A stretch of DNA of 24,000 nt from Gammaproteobacteria bacterium. Lineage in GTDB: Bacteria > Pseudomonadota > Gammaproteobacteria > Steroidobacterales > Rariloculaceae. The position numbers and the translations under genes were made by a program. The stretch covers positions 6,126 through 30,125 of the forward strand of contig JAFGNC010000242.1 of assembly GCA_016927175.1 (NCBI GenBank). The letters run 5' to 3'. Each line of letters begins with the position of its first letter. Within the stretch, counting starts at the first letter, position 1. The notes under the pieces are model-generated. The model had not been told where the DNA came from, did not search any database, and was given only the letters and a program-made list of their open reading frames with translations. Below are positions 12,772 through 20,888 of this stretch, one piece after another.

Positions 12772-14267
12772 TCGGCGAATCCCAGGCTCGCGACCAGCTG
12801 CACCCAGCGCAACGGGCTCCACGGGGCCGCGGCAAAGAGCCCGACGATCAGCGTCAGCGCCGCTGTCGCGACCGGCGGCAGCAGCAGTTGCCACGAGGTC
12901 TCGAGACGGCCGCCACTGCGAGGCGTCTGCTCGGCGGGCTCCGGCGGCGCCTCGAACCACGCGATGTACAGGATCGGCAGAAAGTACCCGGCGTTCAGCA
13001 GACCGCTGACGATCAGAATCAGGATGACCCAGGAATCGCCGACGGCCGCGGCGCCGAGGCCGAGGTACCATTTGCTGACGAACCCCGCGAGCGGCGGCAG
13101 ACCGATCATGCCGCACGCGGCCACGGTGAACGCGCCCGTCGTCCACGGCATGCGGCGCCCTACGCCCCGCATCTCGTCCACCTTGTGCACGCCGAGCGTC
13201 TCCGCGAAATTTCCGGCGCAGAAGAACAGCGTGATCTTCATGATGCCCTGGTGAACGAGATGCACGAGCCCGCCGATGGATGCGATCGGCCCTGCGATCG
13301 CGACGCCGAGCGCTATGTACGACACCTGGCTCACCGTCGAGAACGCGAGCCGGCGCTTCAGATCGTTCTGCTGCAGCGCGCGCAGCGAGCCGTATACGAT
13401 CGTGACCGACGCAACGGCCGCGAGCGGGCCCGCGACGCCGAGCTCCTCGCTGAACTCGACGCCATAGACGTTCTGCACGATGCGCACGATACCGAAAGCT
13501 CCGGCCTTGACGACGGCGACCGCGTGCAGCAGCGCGCTGACCGGCGCCGGCGCGACCATTGCCTGCGGCAGCCAGCCGTGCAGCGGCACCAGCGCAGCCT
13601 TGACTCCGACGCCGGCGATCAGCAGCACGAATATCGCCGTCAATTCGGGATGAACGTCCGCGGGCAGCTCGGACAGGAAGCCGCGCGGCGCGAACTCGAG
13701 TGTTCCGGCGATGCCGTACAGCCAGGCGATGCCCGCGAGCAGCAGCACGCCTCCGGTCAGCGTGTAGAACAGGTAAGCCCGCCCTGCCCTGCGCGCGACC
13801 TCGGTCCCTCGATGGACGACCAGCGGATACGTGCTCAAGGTCAACAGCTCGTAGAACAGGAGGAACGTGACGAGATTGCCTGCCATTGCCACGCCGACCG
13901 TAGCCGTCACGCAGATGCTGAAGAACCCGAAAAAGCGGGACCGGTCCGGGGAGCCCTCGAGATAACCGACCGCGTAGATCGTCGTCACGAGCCACAGGAC
14001 GGCCGACAGCACCGACAACAGGATCGCCAGAGGGTCGATCACGAGAGCCAGATCGACGCCGGGCACGAGCGGCAGACGCGTCTCGTAGGCTTCGCCGCTC
14101 GCGATGCCGAGCGCAACGAGGCCGACGAGGAGAACCTTCAGCACGGCGCCGAACAGGTTCAGCGCCGTTCTGGCCGTGCGCCACTCCTCCGGCAGAAAGA
14201 AGATGATCATGCCCGGCACGAGGGACGACAGCAGGATCAGCACCGGCAGCAGGAAGGTCGCGTTCAA
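12768..14267 (-). CDS. mrpD: Mrp antiporter subunit D-type (NuoM/N-like) protein, copy 2
   Basis: The real gene occupies the last ~499 codons of track ORF 12768..15584. The start is inferred at the TTG at 14267, which overlaps the upstream TGA (TTGA). Motifs are LLFYELLTLSTYPLV, GVGVKAALVPLHGWLPQAM, FSTVSQVSY and HQGIMKITLFFCAG. Confidence 0.85.
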   Translation of the reverse strand: MNATFLLPVLILLSSLVPGMIIFFLPEEWRTARTALNLFGAVLKVLLVGLVALGIASGEAYETRLPLVPGVDLALVIDPLAILLSVLSAVLWLVTTIYAVGYLEGSPDRSRFFGFFSICVTATVGVAMAGNLVTFLLFYELLTLSTYPLVVHRGTEVARRAGRAYLFYTLTGGVLLLAGIAWLYGIAGTLEFAPRGFLSELPADVHPELTAIFVLLIAGVGVKAALVPLHGWLPQAMVAPAPVSALLHAVAVVKAGAFGIVRIVQNVYGVEFSEELGVAGPLAAVASVTIVYGSLRALQQNDLKRRLAFSTVSQVSYIALGVAIAGPIASIGGLVHLVHQGIMKITLFFCAGNFAETLGVHKVDEMRGVGRRMPWTTGAFTVAACGMIGLPPLAGFVSKWYLGLGAAAVGDSWVILILIVSGLLNAGYFLPILYIAWFEAPPEPAEQTPRSGGRLETSWQLLLPPVATAALTLIVGLFAAAPWSPLRWVQLVASLGFAE

Positions 14268-15736
14268 CGCTCCGGCTCCAGCGCGTTTCCGAAAGGTGCT
14301 CCGGCGTCTATCAGCTCTAGCAGCGGCATACCGAAAAACCCGAGCAGCACCGTCGCCAGCGCGACGGCGAATGCCACCCACTCCATCGCGTTCGGCACGC
14401 GCCGAGGCTGTCGCGGCTGCGCGCCTTTGGTGAACGCGGGCCCGATCACGCGGAACACGTAGATCGACGCGAGCAGGCCGCCGACGAGCACGACGGCCGA
14501 CACGAACCAGCGGCCTTCCTGCACGGCGGCTTCGAGGATCAGCCACTTCGCGACGAACCCGCCGCTGGGCGGCAGGCCCGCGACGGTGATACCCGCCACG
14601 GCAAAGGCAGCCATCGTCAGCGGCAGCCGCTGCACGACGCGGTCGAGCTCGCCGATGCGATCGCCGCCGAACAGCTGAATGTTTCCTACGGACATGAACA
14701 TCGCCGTCTTCGCGAGCGCATGGCACAGCACGAGGTAGACAGCGCCGCGCCATGCGGTCCCTGCGGCCGCGGCCGACGTGAACGCGAACGGGATGAACAG
14801 GTAGCCGACCTGCGCCACGGTCGAATAGGCGACGAGCAGCTTCAGCTGGTCCTGGCGAAGGGCCTGTGTCGATCCCCACAGCACGGCGGCGCAGCCGAGC
14901 GCGCCGACCACCGCACCGAAATCGGCTCGAGCTGCCGGCAGCACGTCGAGCCATACCCGCAGCAGCACGTACAGCGACGCCTTGACGACGAGCGCCGACA
15001 GCAGCGCGCTGACGGGGGCCGGCGCATTCGCGTGCGCCGGAGGCAGCCAGAAGTGCAGCGGGAACACGGCGCTTTTCAGCAGCATCGCTGCGCCGATCAG
15101 GCCGACAGCCGACCACGCGGCGGCTCCGCTCTCGAGGCGCGCACCGACGAGCCGGATATCGAGCGTTCCGGTCAGGTGATACAGCAGCGCGACGCCGAGC
15201 AGGTACACGAGCGACGCGGCCACGGTCACCAGCAGGTAACGCATCGCGCCGGTCAGCGCCTCGGGCGTGCCCGCGCGGGCGACGAGCGCGGCCGCCGACA
15301 GGCCGAGCACCTCGAGCGTCACGTAGACATTGAACAGATCGCCGGACACGAACAGAGCGTTCAGGCCCGCGATCAGCAGCATCGACAGCGGCGTGAAGCC
15401 CGCGGGACCGGCACTCTCGTCGCGGAAATAGCTCCGGCCGTAAGCCGCAACGGCCAGCGACACCGCCGCCGTCGTCAGCAGCATTGCAGCCGACAGCCCG
15501 TCCACGCGGAGCGCGATGCCGAGCGGCGCGCCCCAGCCGCCGACGGCGTGCGACAGCTCGCCGCCCGCGCCCACGGCGCCGCACAGCATCACGACGACCG
15601 CGAGCAGGACGACGGCCGTCGCGATGCCGACCCAGCGCGTCGTGCGAGGCATGGCGAACGCGATCGCGGCGCCCGCCAGCGGCAGCAACAGCGCCGCGAC
15701 GATCAACGGCGTTCCGTCGGCGCCGGTCATGCTCAC
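14264..15736 (-). CDS. mrpD: Mrp antiporter subunit D-type (NuoM/N-like) protein, copy 1
   Basis: Motifs are FNVYVTLEVLGLSAA, LLKSAVFPLHFWLPPAHANAPAPVSALLS, YSTVAQVGY and CHALAKTAMFM. The GTG start at 15736 overlaps the mrpC stop (GTGA). Confidence 0.9.
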   Translation of the reverse strand: MSMTGADGTPLIVAALLLPLAGAAIAFAMPRTTRWVGIATAVVLLAVVVMLCGAVGAGGELSHAVGGWGAPLGIALRVDGLSAAMLLTTAAVSLAVAAYGRSYFRDESAGPAGFTPLSMLLIAGLNALFVSGDLFNVYVTLEVLGLSAAALVARAGTPEALTGAMRYLLVTVAASLVYLLGVALLYHLTGTLDIRLVGARLESGAAAWSAVGLIGAAMLLKSAVFPLHFWLPPAHANAPAPVSALLSALVVKASLYVLLRVWLDVLPAARADFGAVVGALGCAAVLWGSTQALRQDQLKLLVAYSTVAQVGYLFIPFAFTSAAAAGTAWRGAVYLVLCHALAKTAMFMSVGNIQLFGGDRIGELDRVVQRLPLTMAAFAVAGITVAGLPPSGGFVAKWLILEAAVQEGRWFVSAVVLVGGLLASIYVFRVIGPAFTKGAQPRQPRRVPNAMEWVAFAVALATVLLGFFGMPLLELIDAGAPFGNALEPER

Positions 15737-16041
15737 TCCGAGCGAGGATCAGGCAGCTCGGCGCGTCCCGTCGCCGACGCGACTCGCAGCATCAGCACCA
15801 GCGCCAGCCCCGTCGCCGCCACCGCCACGACGATGCCGGTGATGACGAGCGCCTGCGGCACCGGATCCGGCGTGCCGTCCTGACCTCGCTCCGCGAGCGC
15901 TGCGACGACCAGGAACACACCGGCCCCCGTCACGTTGAGCGCCAGTATCTTTCGCATCAGGTGCGCGTAGCGGATCAGGCCGTGCAGCCCGATGACGAAC
16001 AGTGCGATGCCGGTAAGCGCGTAGAGCTCGGCACCCGTCAT
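15733..16041 (-). CDS. mrpC: Mrp antiporter subunit C (NuoK-like)
   Basis: This is the last 102 codons of track ORF 15733..16680: MTGAELYALTGIALFVIGLHGLIRYAHLMRKILALNVTGAGVFLVVAA...PQALVITGIVVAVAATGLALVL. The ATG at 16041 overlaps the mrpB stop (ATGA). Confidence 0.9.
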   Translation of the reverse strand: MTGAELYALTGIALFVIGLHGLIRYAHLMRKILALNVTGAGVFLVVAALAERGQDGTPDPVPQALVITGIVVAVAATGLALVLMLRVASATGRAELPDPRSE

Positions 16042-16730
16042 CGCGGCGCGGATTCCGGTTCGCTCGGCCGCCCGCCCTCGAAGATCGCGACCAGCCCGAG
16101 CCCGATCGATATGCCGGCCGCCGCCTCGATGGCGAGGATCAGCGCTTTCGCGGCCGACGGCGGGAACTCGAGGAAGGCGCCGCCGCCGAGCTGCACGGCG
16201 ACCCCCGCCGCTGCGAACGTCACGAGCCCCAGCAACAGCAGCGAGCGGTGCAGGGCCCGCGGCACCGAGGGCAGCTGCGCGCCGGACAGCGTCACGAGCA
16301 CACCCGCCGCCGCCAACACGGCCCCGGCCTGAAACGCTCCGCCCGGCTCGTGCGCGCCGGCCCAGAGCAGATATCCGGCGAACAGGATCAGGAACGGCAC
16401 GAGCAGCTGAGTCAGGAACTGCAGCACGAGCCCCGGCGGCGCAGTCGGCCGCGGCCGCGCCTCGGCCATCGACCAGACACCGACCAGCGCGAGAAACAGC
16501 ACTGCCATCTCGAGCAGCGTGTCGTAAGCGCGGTAATTCATCAGCACGGCGGTGACCGGATGCTCGACGCCGGTGCGGCCGAGATCCGCGAGCGTCTCGT
16601 CGGCGAGGCCGAGCCCGTCTTCCGGCAGGGACAGCACGGCCGTCGCCAGCATAGCGCCTGCGCCGGCCAGCACGATCCACAGCAAGGCCCTGGCCGCAAG
16701 CGCACCGGCCGCGGCATGCGCGTCACTCAT
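16038..16730 (-). CDS. mrpB: Mrp antiporter subunit B (MnhB domain)
   Basis: It contains HPVTAVLMNYRAYDTLLEMAVLFLALVG, the MnhB signature. The start is set at the internal Met (MSDAHAAAG) at 16730, which overlaps the upstream stop. Confidence 0.85.
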   Translation of the reverse strand: MSDAHAAAGALAARALLWIVLAGAGAMLATAVLSLPEDGLGLADETLADLGRTGVEHPVTAVLMNYRAYDTLLEMAVLFLALVGVWSMAEARPRPTAPPGLVLQFLTQLLVPFLILFAGYLLWAGAHEPGGAFQAGAVLAAAGVLVTLSGAQLPSVPRALHRSLLLLGLVTFAAAGVAVQLGGGAFLEFPPSAAKALILAIEAAAGISIGLGLVAIFEGGRPSEPESAPR

Positions 16731-17004
16731 CGCCGTTCTCCCCGCGGTTATCGGGCGCGCCGGCCCGCCGCAGCCGCGCAAGCGCCGCAAACAGCAGCGC
16801 GCCGGTCAGCCCGGTGCCGATCCCGGCCTCGGCGAGCGCGACATCCGGCGCCGACAACCGCACCCACACGATCGTCATCAGCAGCCCGAAGGCGATGAAC
16901 AGCGCGATGCCGGTCACGAGCTCCGCCGCCGCGAGCGCGCGCGCGGCCACCCACACCAGCGTGCCCGCCAGCAGGGCGTCGAGCAGCAAGGTCAGCGCCG
17001 ACAT
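16723..17004 (-). CDS. DUF4040 / MbhD-like small membrane subunit (equivalent of the MrpA C-terminal region)
   Basis: The sequence is MSALTLLLDALLAGTLVWVAARALAAAELVTGIALFIAFGLLMTIVWVRLSAPDVALAEAGIGTGLTGALL. The start is set at the internal ATG at 17004, which overlaps the mrpG stop by 13 nt. Confidence 0.75.
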   Translation of the reverse strand: MSALTLLLDALLAGTLVWVAARALAAAELVTGIALFIAFGLLMTIVWVRLSAPDVALAEAGIGTGLTGALLFAALARLRRAGAPDNRGENGDE

Positions 17005-17306
17005 GTTGCCCGCCAGGGCTTCCTGCCCCGCCTGTACGCGCCGCGCGCCAGCAGGTGCGCCCCCGACACGCTCGACAGCAGCACGAGAATCCACACCAGC
17101 AGCAACTGCGCGAGCGCGGCGACGCTCTCCGACTGCAGCGCCAGCCCCGCGACCAGCAGCCCGAGACCGACATTGTCCGCCTTGGCCATGGAGTGGACCC
17201 GCGTGTAAAAGTCCGGAAACCGCAACAGGCCCACGGTGCCGGCGATGAAGAACGCAGCGCCGGCCGCGATCAGCACGATCGTCAGCGTGTCCCTAACGAG
17301 ATTCAT
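16992..17306 (-). CDS. mrpG: Mrp antiporter subunit G
   Basis: AGAAFFIAGTVGLLRFPDFYTRVHSMAKADNVG is the MnhG/PhaG signature. Confidence 0.9.
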   Translation of the reverse strand: MNLVRDTLTIVLIAAGAAFFIAGTVGLLRFPDFYTRVHSMAKADNVGLGLLVAGLALQSESVAALAQLLLVWILVLLSSVSGAHLLARGAYRRGRKPWRATCRR

Positions 17307-17583
17307 GGCCGGTCCCGGCGTTCTCGCTCGCGCCCGCCACGTCGAGCCTGACGTATGCCACGATCGTCACGGCCGCCAGCGACGCGAATACGAGCCCGAC
17401 GTAACGCAGCGGCGGTGCGGCGAAAGCCTCCGCGAGCAGCAGCAGAATACCAACCGCGGTCGTGCCGAACAGCTGCGCGGCGATCAGCCGATCCTCGGCA
17501 TCCGGGCCCCGGACGATGCGCCAGAACCCGGCGACGATGTTGGCGAGCAGTATTGCGACGACCGCGAAGTAGAACTCGATCAA
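17293..17583 (-). CDS. mrpF: Mrp antiporter subunit F
   Basis: LLANIVAGFWRIVRGPDAEDRLIAAQLFGTTAVGILLL is MnhF-like. The ATG overlaps the mrpE stop (ATGA). Confidence 0.9.
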   Translation of the reverse strand: MIEFYFAVVAILLANIVAGFWRIVRGPDAEDRLIAAQLFGTTAVGILLLLAEAFAAPPLRYVGLVFASLAAVTIVAYVRLDVAGASENAGTGHESR

Positions 17584-18098
17584 GACGCCGGATCCTCCGT
17601 CGGGCCGGTACGCGGCGGCGCGGGTTCTCGGATCAGATCCGCCACGCGGACCTGTGTCGCCGCGATGCTGCGATCGACCCTCATGCCGGAGTCGAGCGCG
17701 TGCACGAGCAACTCCTCCTCGTCCACTTCGACGGCCAGCGACCCGGGCAGCAGGCCCAGAGTATTCGCGACCATGACCCGCGCGGTATCCGTGCGCATCC
17801 GCAGCGGCTCACGCGCGAGGTGCGGATCGAGCGGCATACGCGGATCGAGCGCGCGGCGCGCGACGTCGATACCGCCGAGCATCGACTCGCGCAGGAAGAA
17901 GGCCGCGAATCTGCCCACGCCGCGCCACGACCATCCGATGGGCGGCATCAGCGCCGCGCTGACCCACGCGGATGCGGCGATCGCCGGCACACCGACCGCG
18001 GCCCACGACCAGTCCACCGCGCCGTCGGTCAGCACCCACCAGCCGACTCCGGCAACCAGCACGCGCGTCAGGAAAAGGGAAGTCGTAGGGCGGCGCAC
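17580..18098 (-). CDS. mrpE: Mrp antiporter subunit E
   Basis: FFLRESMLGGIDVARRAL...VMVANTLGLLPGSLAVEVDEEELLVHALD is MnhE-like. The GTG start at 18098 is preceded by GAGAGGAG. Confidence 0.85.
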   Translation of the reverse strand: MRRPTTSLFLTRVLVAGVGWWVLTDGAVDWSWAAVGVPAIAASAWVSAALMPPIGWSWRGVGRFAAFFLRESMLGGIDVARRALDPRMPLDPHLAREPLRMRTDTARVMVANTLGLLPGSLAVEVDEEELLVHALDSGMRVDRSIAATQVRVADLIREPAPPRTGPTEDPAS

Positions 18099-18128
18099 AG
18101 CTCCTCTCGCGTCCCGTTCGCCGGCGCG

Positions 18129-19208
18129 CTACCGCGCCGGCCCGCCCCGAGCCGCGCGCGCTTCTTCCGCCCGGGCATCGCGAAGAATATCGAACATCGC
18201 GTAGTTACTCTCGTGACACGCGTACTCGAAGAAGCCGTAGTCGTCGTCGCGCTTTAGCGGGAAACTCATCGTCCATGGCCTCGTCCAGGTCTGCGGGTCG
18301 TCGATCGTGAGCTCGTAGCGGATCGTGTCCTCGTCGATCCGCGTCAGCCTCTCCGTGATGGTCAGCTGCTCGCTGTGGCGCGGACCGCCGCCGTTGAGGC
18401 CGACGCCGGTGCGATCGGTCAGATTCCTCGTCTCGATCACGAGCGTATCGCCGTCCCACCTGCCGCGGGAATCGCCCATCCACATCCTGATGTCCGGGCT
18501 CACGTGCGGCCGCCCGTCGAGCGGAATCACGCGCGTCTCGTGGATCATCTCGTTGCGAATCGCCACGTACCCCGGCGCCTGCACGATCTCGTTGCCGCTG
18601 TTGTAGATCACCGGCAGGATCGAACCCGCGACACCGCGCGTGATGCAGCGCTCGTAGAGGCTGCGGTCGGTGTAGGAATCGGCCGGGCCGCGGCCCTCGC
18701 GATCCCTGCGCAACTGCTGCTGGCGGCGCTCGGCTGCCTCCGTCAGCGGAGGCATCCGCCCGTTCGGCGGATCGACGATCAGCGATGCCTGGCGCTGAAG
18801 CTCGCCCCGCTCGAGCCAGTGCGGCGGCGTCGACACCGGGCCGCCGATCGCTTCCCGACGCGTTTCACCGGCACGTTCGGGATCGAAGTCGGCGGGATCG
18901 AGCTCCGACTGCGCCCGGAACTTTGCCTGTCGCTCGGCCAACTCCTCGTCCGTAAGCCAATTTCTGATGCCGAAGCGCTCGGGCCGCTGCATCGGCACGC
19001 CGACCGTCGCGGTGCCCGGCCACGTGCCCTGCAGGTCGGGGTCGCCCCAGGGCGTGCGCGGCGGCGTGTAACCGACGTCCGGCTCCGGCTGCGCCGATGC
19101 CGCGGACGCGAGCATGCACAAGGCGGCGAGTCCCGCGAGGCGGCTCGAGCGCGCCGCGGGGCCTGCGAGCGGGGAACCGGCCGCACAGACACGGGGCGAG
19201 CGCTTCAT
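18129..19208 (-). CDS. Secreted protein of an unrecognised family (paralog 1 of 3 in this window)
   Basis: It has a signal peptide (LAGLAALCMLASAASA-QP) and a strong SD (AAGGAGAAG). It shares collinear blocks with the 20017..20838 and 23164..23931 products (GRWDGDTLVIET; LTITERLTRI...TIDDPQTWTRPW; FEYACHES). Confidence 0.85.
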   Translation of the reverse strand: MKRSPRVCAAGSPLAGPAARSSRLAGLAALCMLASAASAQPEPDVGYTPPRTPWGDPDLQGTWPGTATVGVPMQRPERFGIRNWLTDEELAERQAKFRAQSELDPADFDPERAGETRREAIGGPVSTPPHWLERGELQRQASLIVDPPNGRMPPLTEAAERRQQQLRRDREGRGPADSYTDRSLYERCITRGVAGSILPVIYNSGNEIVQAPGYVAIRNEMIHETRVIPLDGRPHVSPDIRMWMGDSRGRWDGDTLVIETRNLTDRTGVGLNGGGPRHSEQLTITERLTRIDEDTIRYELTIDDPQTWTRPWTMSFPLKRDDDYGFFEYACHESNYAMFDILRDARAEEARAARGGPAR

Positions 19209-19231
19209 GGCTCTTCTCCTTGCGGCGTCGC

Positions 19232-19696
19232 CTAATCGACGACGTCCACGACGTACCGGTTATGGCAGTCGAGGCAAACGTTGTATACGCGTTCGCCGAC
19301 CTCGAGGACGGCATCCGGGTCCTGCGCCTCGGCCGCCGCCGCCGCATCGATGCCGACGTCTACCATAGCCTCCGCCATTCGCATCCATTCGCCGTCGTCC
19401 ACCGCTCGCGGCGACATCATCAGCAGGTTGCCGGACTCCGCCAGCGTTATCGCGGCCCCCCATACGGCTTCCCACTCCTCGTCCGTCTCCGGAAAGTTCT
19501 CGGTCTCCCCGCTTTCGTCGACGACGATCGATACGGCGTCCCAGTAGACCTCGGCAGCGGGCGTCAGCACACCGTCCATCAGCTGGTCGATGTTCGCGAC
19601 CGGTTTGAACGGCGGCGCCGCCGTATTCTGCACGGCGCAGCCGGCGAGAACGGCTGCGGCCAGCGCGGCTCCGCAGGTGACGTGCACTCGTCGCAT
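19232..19696 (-). CDS. Class II (cytochrome c'/c-556-like) c-type cytochrome lipoprotein
   Basis: It has a lipobox (AAVLAGC). The body is ~130 aa and looks helical. A single CXXCH lies near the C-terminus (VYNVCLDCHNRYV), which is the class II four-helix-bundle cytochrome c arrangement. Confidence 0.7.
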   Translation of the reverse strand: MRRVHVTCGAALAAAVLAGCAVQNTAAPPFKPVANIDQLMDGVLTPAAEVYWDAVSIVVDESGETENFPETDEEWEAVWGAAITLAESGNLLMMSPRAVDDGEWMRMAEAMVDVGIDAAAAAEAQDPDAVLEVGERVYNVCLDCHNRYVVDVVD

Positions 19697-19786
19697 GGCA
19701 ATCCTTTACGGTTCGAGTTCGGCGGCGCGAGCTGGATTCATTGTACGTCACCCGCACACGCGGCGCCTGCGCATCGTCCCGTGGTC

Positions 19787-19798
19787 GGAAGCACTTCC
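19787..19798. promoter_or_regulatory. Inverted repeat GGAAG-CA-CTTCC, a candidate operator/activator site
   Basis: It was read directly from the divergent intergenic region. Its reverse complement (GGAAGTGCTTCC) recurs, with one inserted base, inside the 19848..19865 palindrome. Confidence 0.3.
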
Positions 19799-19802
19799 AC
19801 GT

Positions 19803-19831
19803 TTGACACATGCGTCGGCTTCCAATAGAAA
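19803..19831 (+). promoter_or_regulatory. Candidate sigma70 promoter for the 20017..20838 gene
   Basis: The sequence is TTGACA (19803..19808), a 17-nt spacer, then TAGAAA (19826..19831). This is a pattern match only. Confidence 0.4.
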
Positions 19832-19847
19832 CGGAATGAGGTGCTTG

Positions 19848-19865
19848 CCGGAAGTGCTCTTCCGG
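19848..19865. promoter_or_regulatory. Near-perfect 18-bp palindrome CCGGAAGTGCTCTTCCGG, a candidate operator or 5'-UTR hairpin
   Basis: Eight of nine positions pair. It lies just downstream of the candidate promoter at 19803..19831. Confidence 0.35.
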
Positions 19866-20016
19866 GCCCGACCGCCAGCCTACGTGCACGGCGGTGTCGA
19901 GGACACGCCGGGACGGATACCGATGCCGTCGACTCGGCGCGGCGCCCCCGCGCCGGCCGCACGTTTCCGGCGGCGCAGAGGATCACGGCGCGCGGCGCCG
20001 CATGAGGAGCTGGCAG

Positions 20017-20838
20017 ATGCACAAATCGTGGAGTGTCCGCCTTCCGGCGGCTCTGGCTGCGACGCTGGCGCTCGCCGGCCTCGGCGCCGCTTCGACATCC
20101 GCCGTTGCGCAAGTCGACCAGAGCGAACGTATCGACGGCAAGCCGAACCTGAACGGCCTGTGGCAGGCAGTGAACACCGCGCACTGGAACCTGGAAGCGC
20201 ATTCCGCCGAGCCGCTGCCCGACTTCTGGGAGCTCGGAGCCATCGTCGCGATACCGGCCGGGCAGAGCGTCGTCGTCGGCGAGACGATCCCGTACCTGCC
20301 CGATGCCCTGCAGCGGCGCAACGACAACCGCGAGTCGTGGCCGGCATCCGACCCGGAGGCGAAGTGCTATCTGCCGGGTATCCCGCGCGCAACGTACATG
20401 CCCTACCCGTTCCAGATCATCCAGGGGCAGAAGGACATCCTGTTCGCGTACGAGTACGCGAGCGCCAACCGGATCGTTCGCATGAGCGAGCACGAAGAGC
20501 CGCCGGTCGACAGCTGGATGGGATGGTCCAACGGCCACTGGGACGGAGATACCCTGGTCATCGAGGTCACGGGCCATAACGGTCAGACCTGGTTCGACCG
20601 CGCGGGCAACCACCACGGCAACATGCTGAAGGTCACCGAGCGCTACACGAAGATGTCGGACCACATCCTCGATTACGAGGCGACGATCGAGGATCCGGAG
20701 ACGTTTTCGCGGCCCTGGCAGATCCGAATGCCGCTCTACCGTCGGGTCGAGCCGAATGCGCAACTGCTCGAGTTCAAGTGCGTGGAGTTCTCCGAGGAAC
20801 TGCTCTACGGAGAGCTGACGAAGAAGGAACAGGACTGA
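20017..20838 (+). CDS. Secreted protein of an unrecognised family (paralog 2 of 3)
   Basis: The start is set at the ATG at 20017 (MHKSWSVRLPAALAATLALAGLGAASTSAVA-QV), preceded by GAGGAG. It shares blocks with the other paralogs (GHWDGDTLVIEV; LKVTERYTKM...TIEDPETFSRPW; LEFKCVEF). Confidence 0.85.
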   Translation: MHKSWSVRLPAALAATLALAGLGAASTSAVAQVDQSERIDGKPNLNGLWQAVNTAHWNLEAHSAEPLPDFWELGAIVAIPAGQSVVVGETIPYLPDALQRRNDNRESWPASDPEAKCYLPGIPRATYMPYPFQIIQGQKDILFAYEYASANRIVRMSEHEEPPVDSWMGWSNGHWDGDTLVIEVTGHNGQTWFDRAGNHHGNMLKVTERYTKMSDHILDYEATIEDPETFSRPWQIRMPLYRRVEPNAQLLEFKCVEFSEELLYGELTKKEQD

Positions 20839-20888
20839 CCAAGCGCCGCGGCGCGGCGGGCGGGCGAGGCTACGACCGGCCGTGCGAA

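Noticed and set aside
10996-15584. Track ORFs of 1062 aa (10996..14184) and 938 aa (12768..15584) on the minus strand
   Set aside because: Only the C-terminal 591 and ~499 codons look like membrane proteins. The upstream parts are Arg/Ala/Gly-rich read-through in alternate frames of the neighbouring mrpD genes. I trimmed them to starts that overlap the preceding stop codons (12771, 14267).
11150-15883. Other long ORFs over the mrp cluster (11150..12835 minus strand, 11782..13254 plus, 12720..14462 plus, 14720..15883 plus)
   Set aside because: They lie in alternate or antisense frames to clearly recognisable polytopic antiporter subunits. Their translations are highly charged (Arg/Asp/Gln/His-rich) and non-hydrophobic, and they show no motifs.
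15733-17094. N-terminal extensions of track ORFs 15733..16680, 16038..16790 and 16723..17094
   Set aside because: The extensions overlap the upstream mrp genes in other frames and are Arg-rich. Internal Met codons that overlap the preceding stop give proteins of the expected MrpC, MrpB and DUF4040 sizes.
10996-18098. Interpreting the Mrp-like cluster as part of a membrane-bound hydrogenase (Mbh/Mbx) or formate hydrogenlyase
   Set aside because: No NiFe large or small subunit, and no NuoB/C/D/I-like or ferredoxin-like genes, are present anywhere in the window. Only the antiporter module is encoded.
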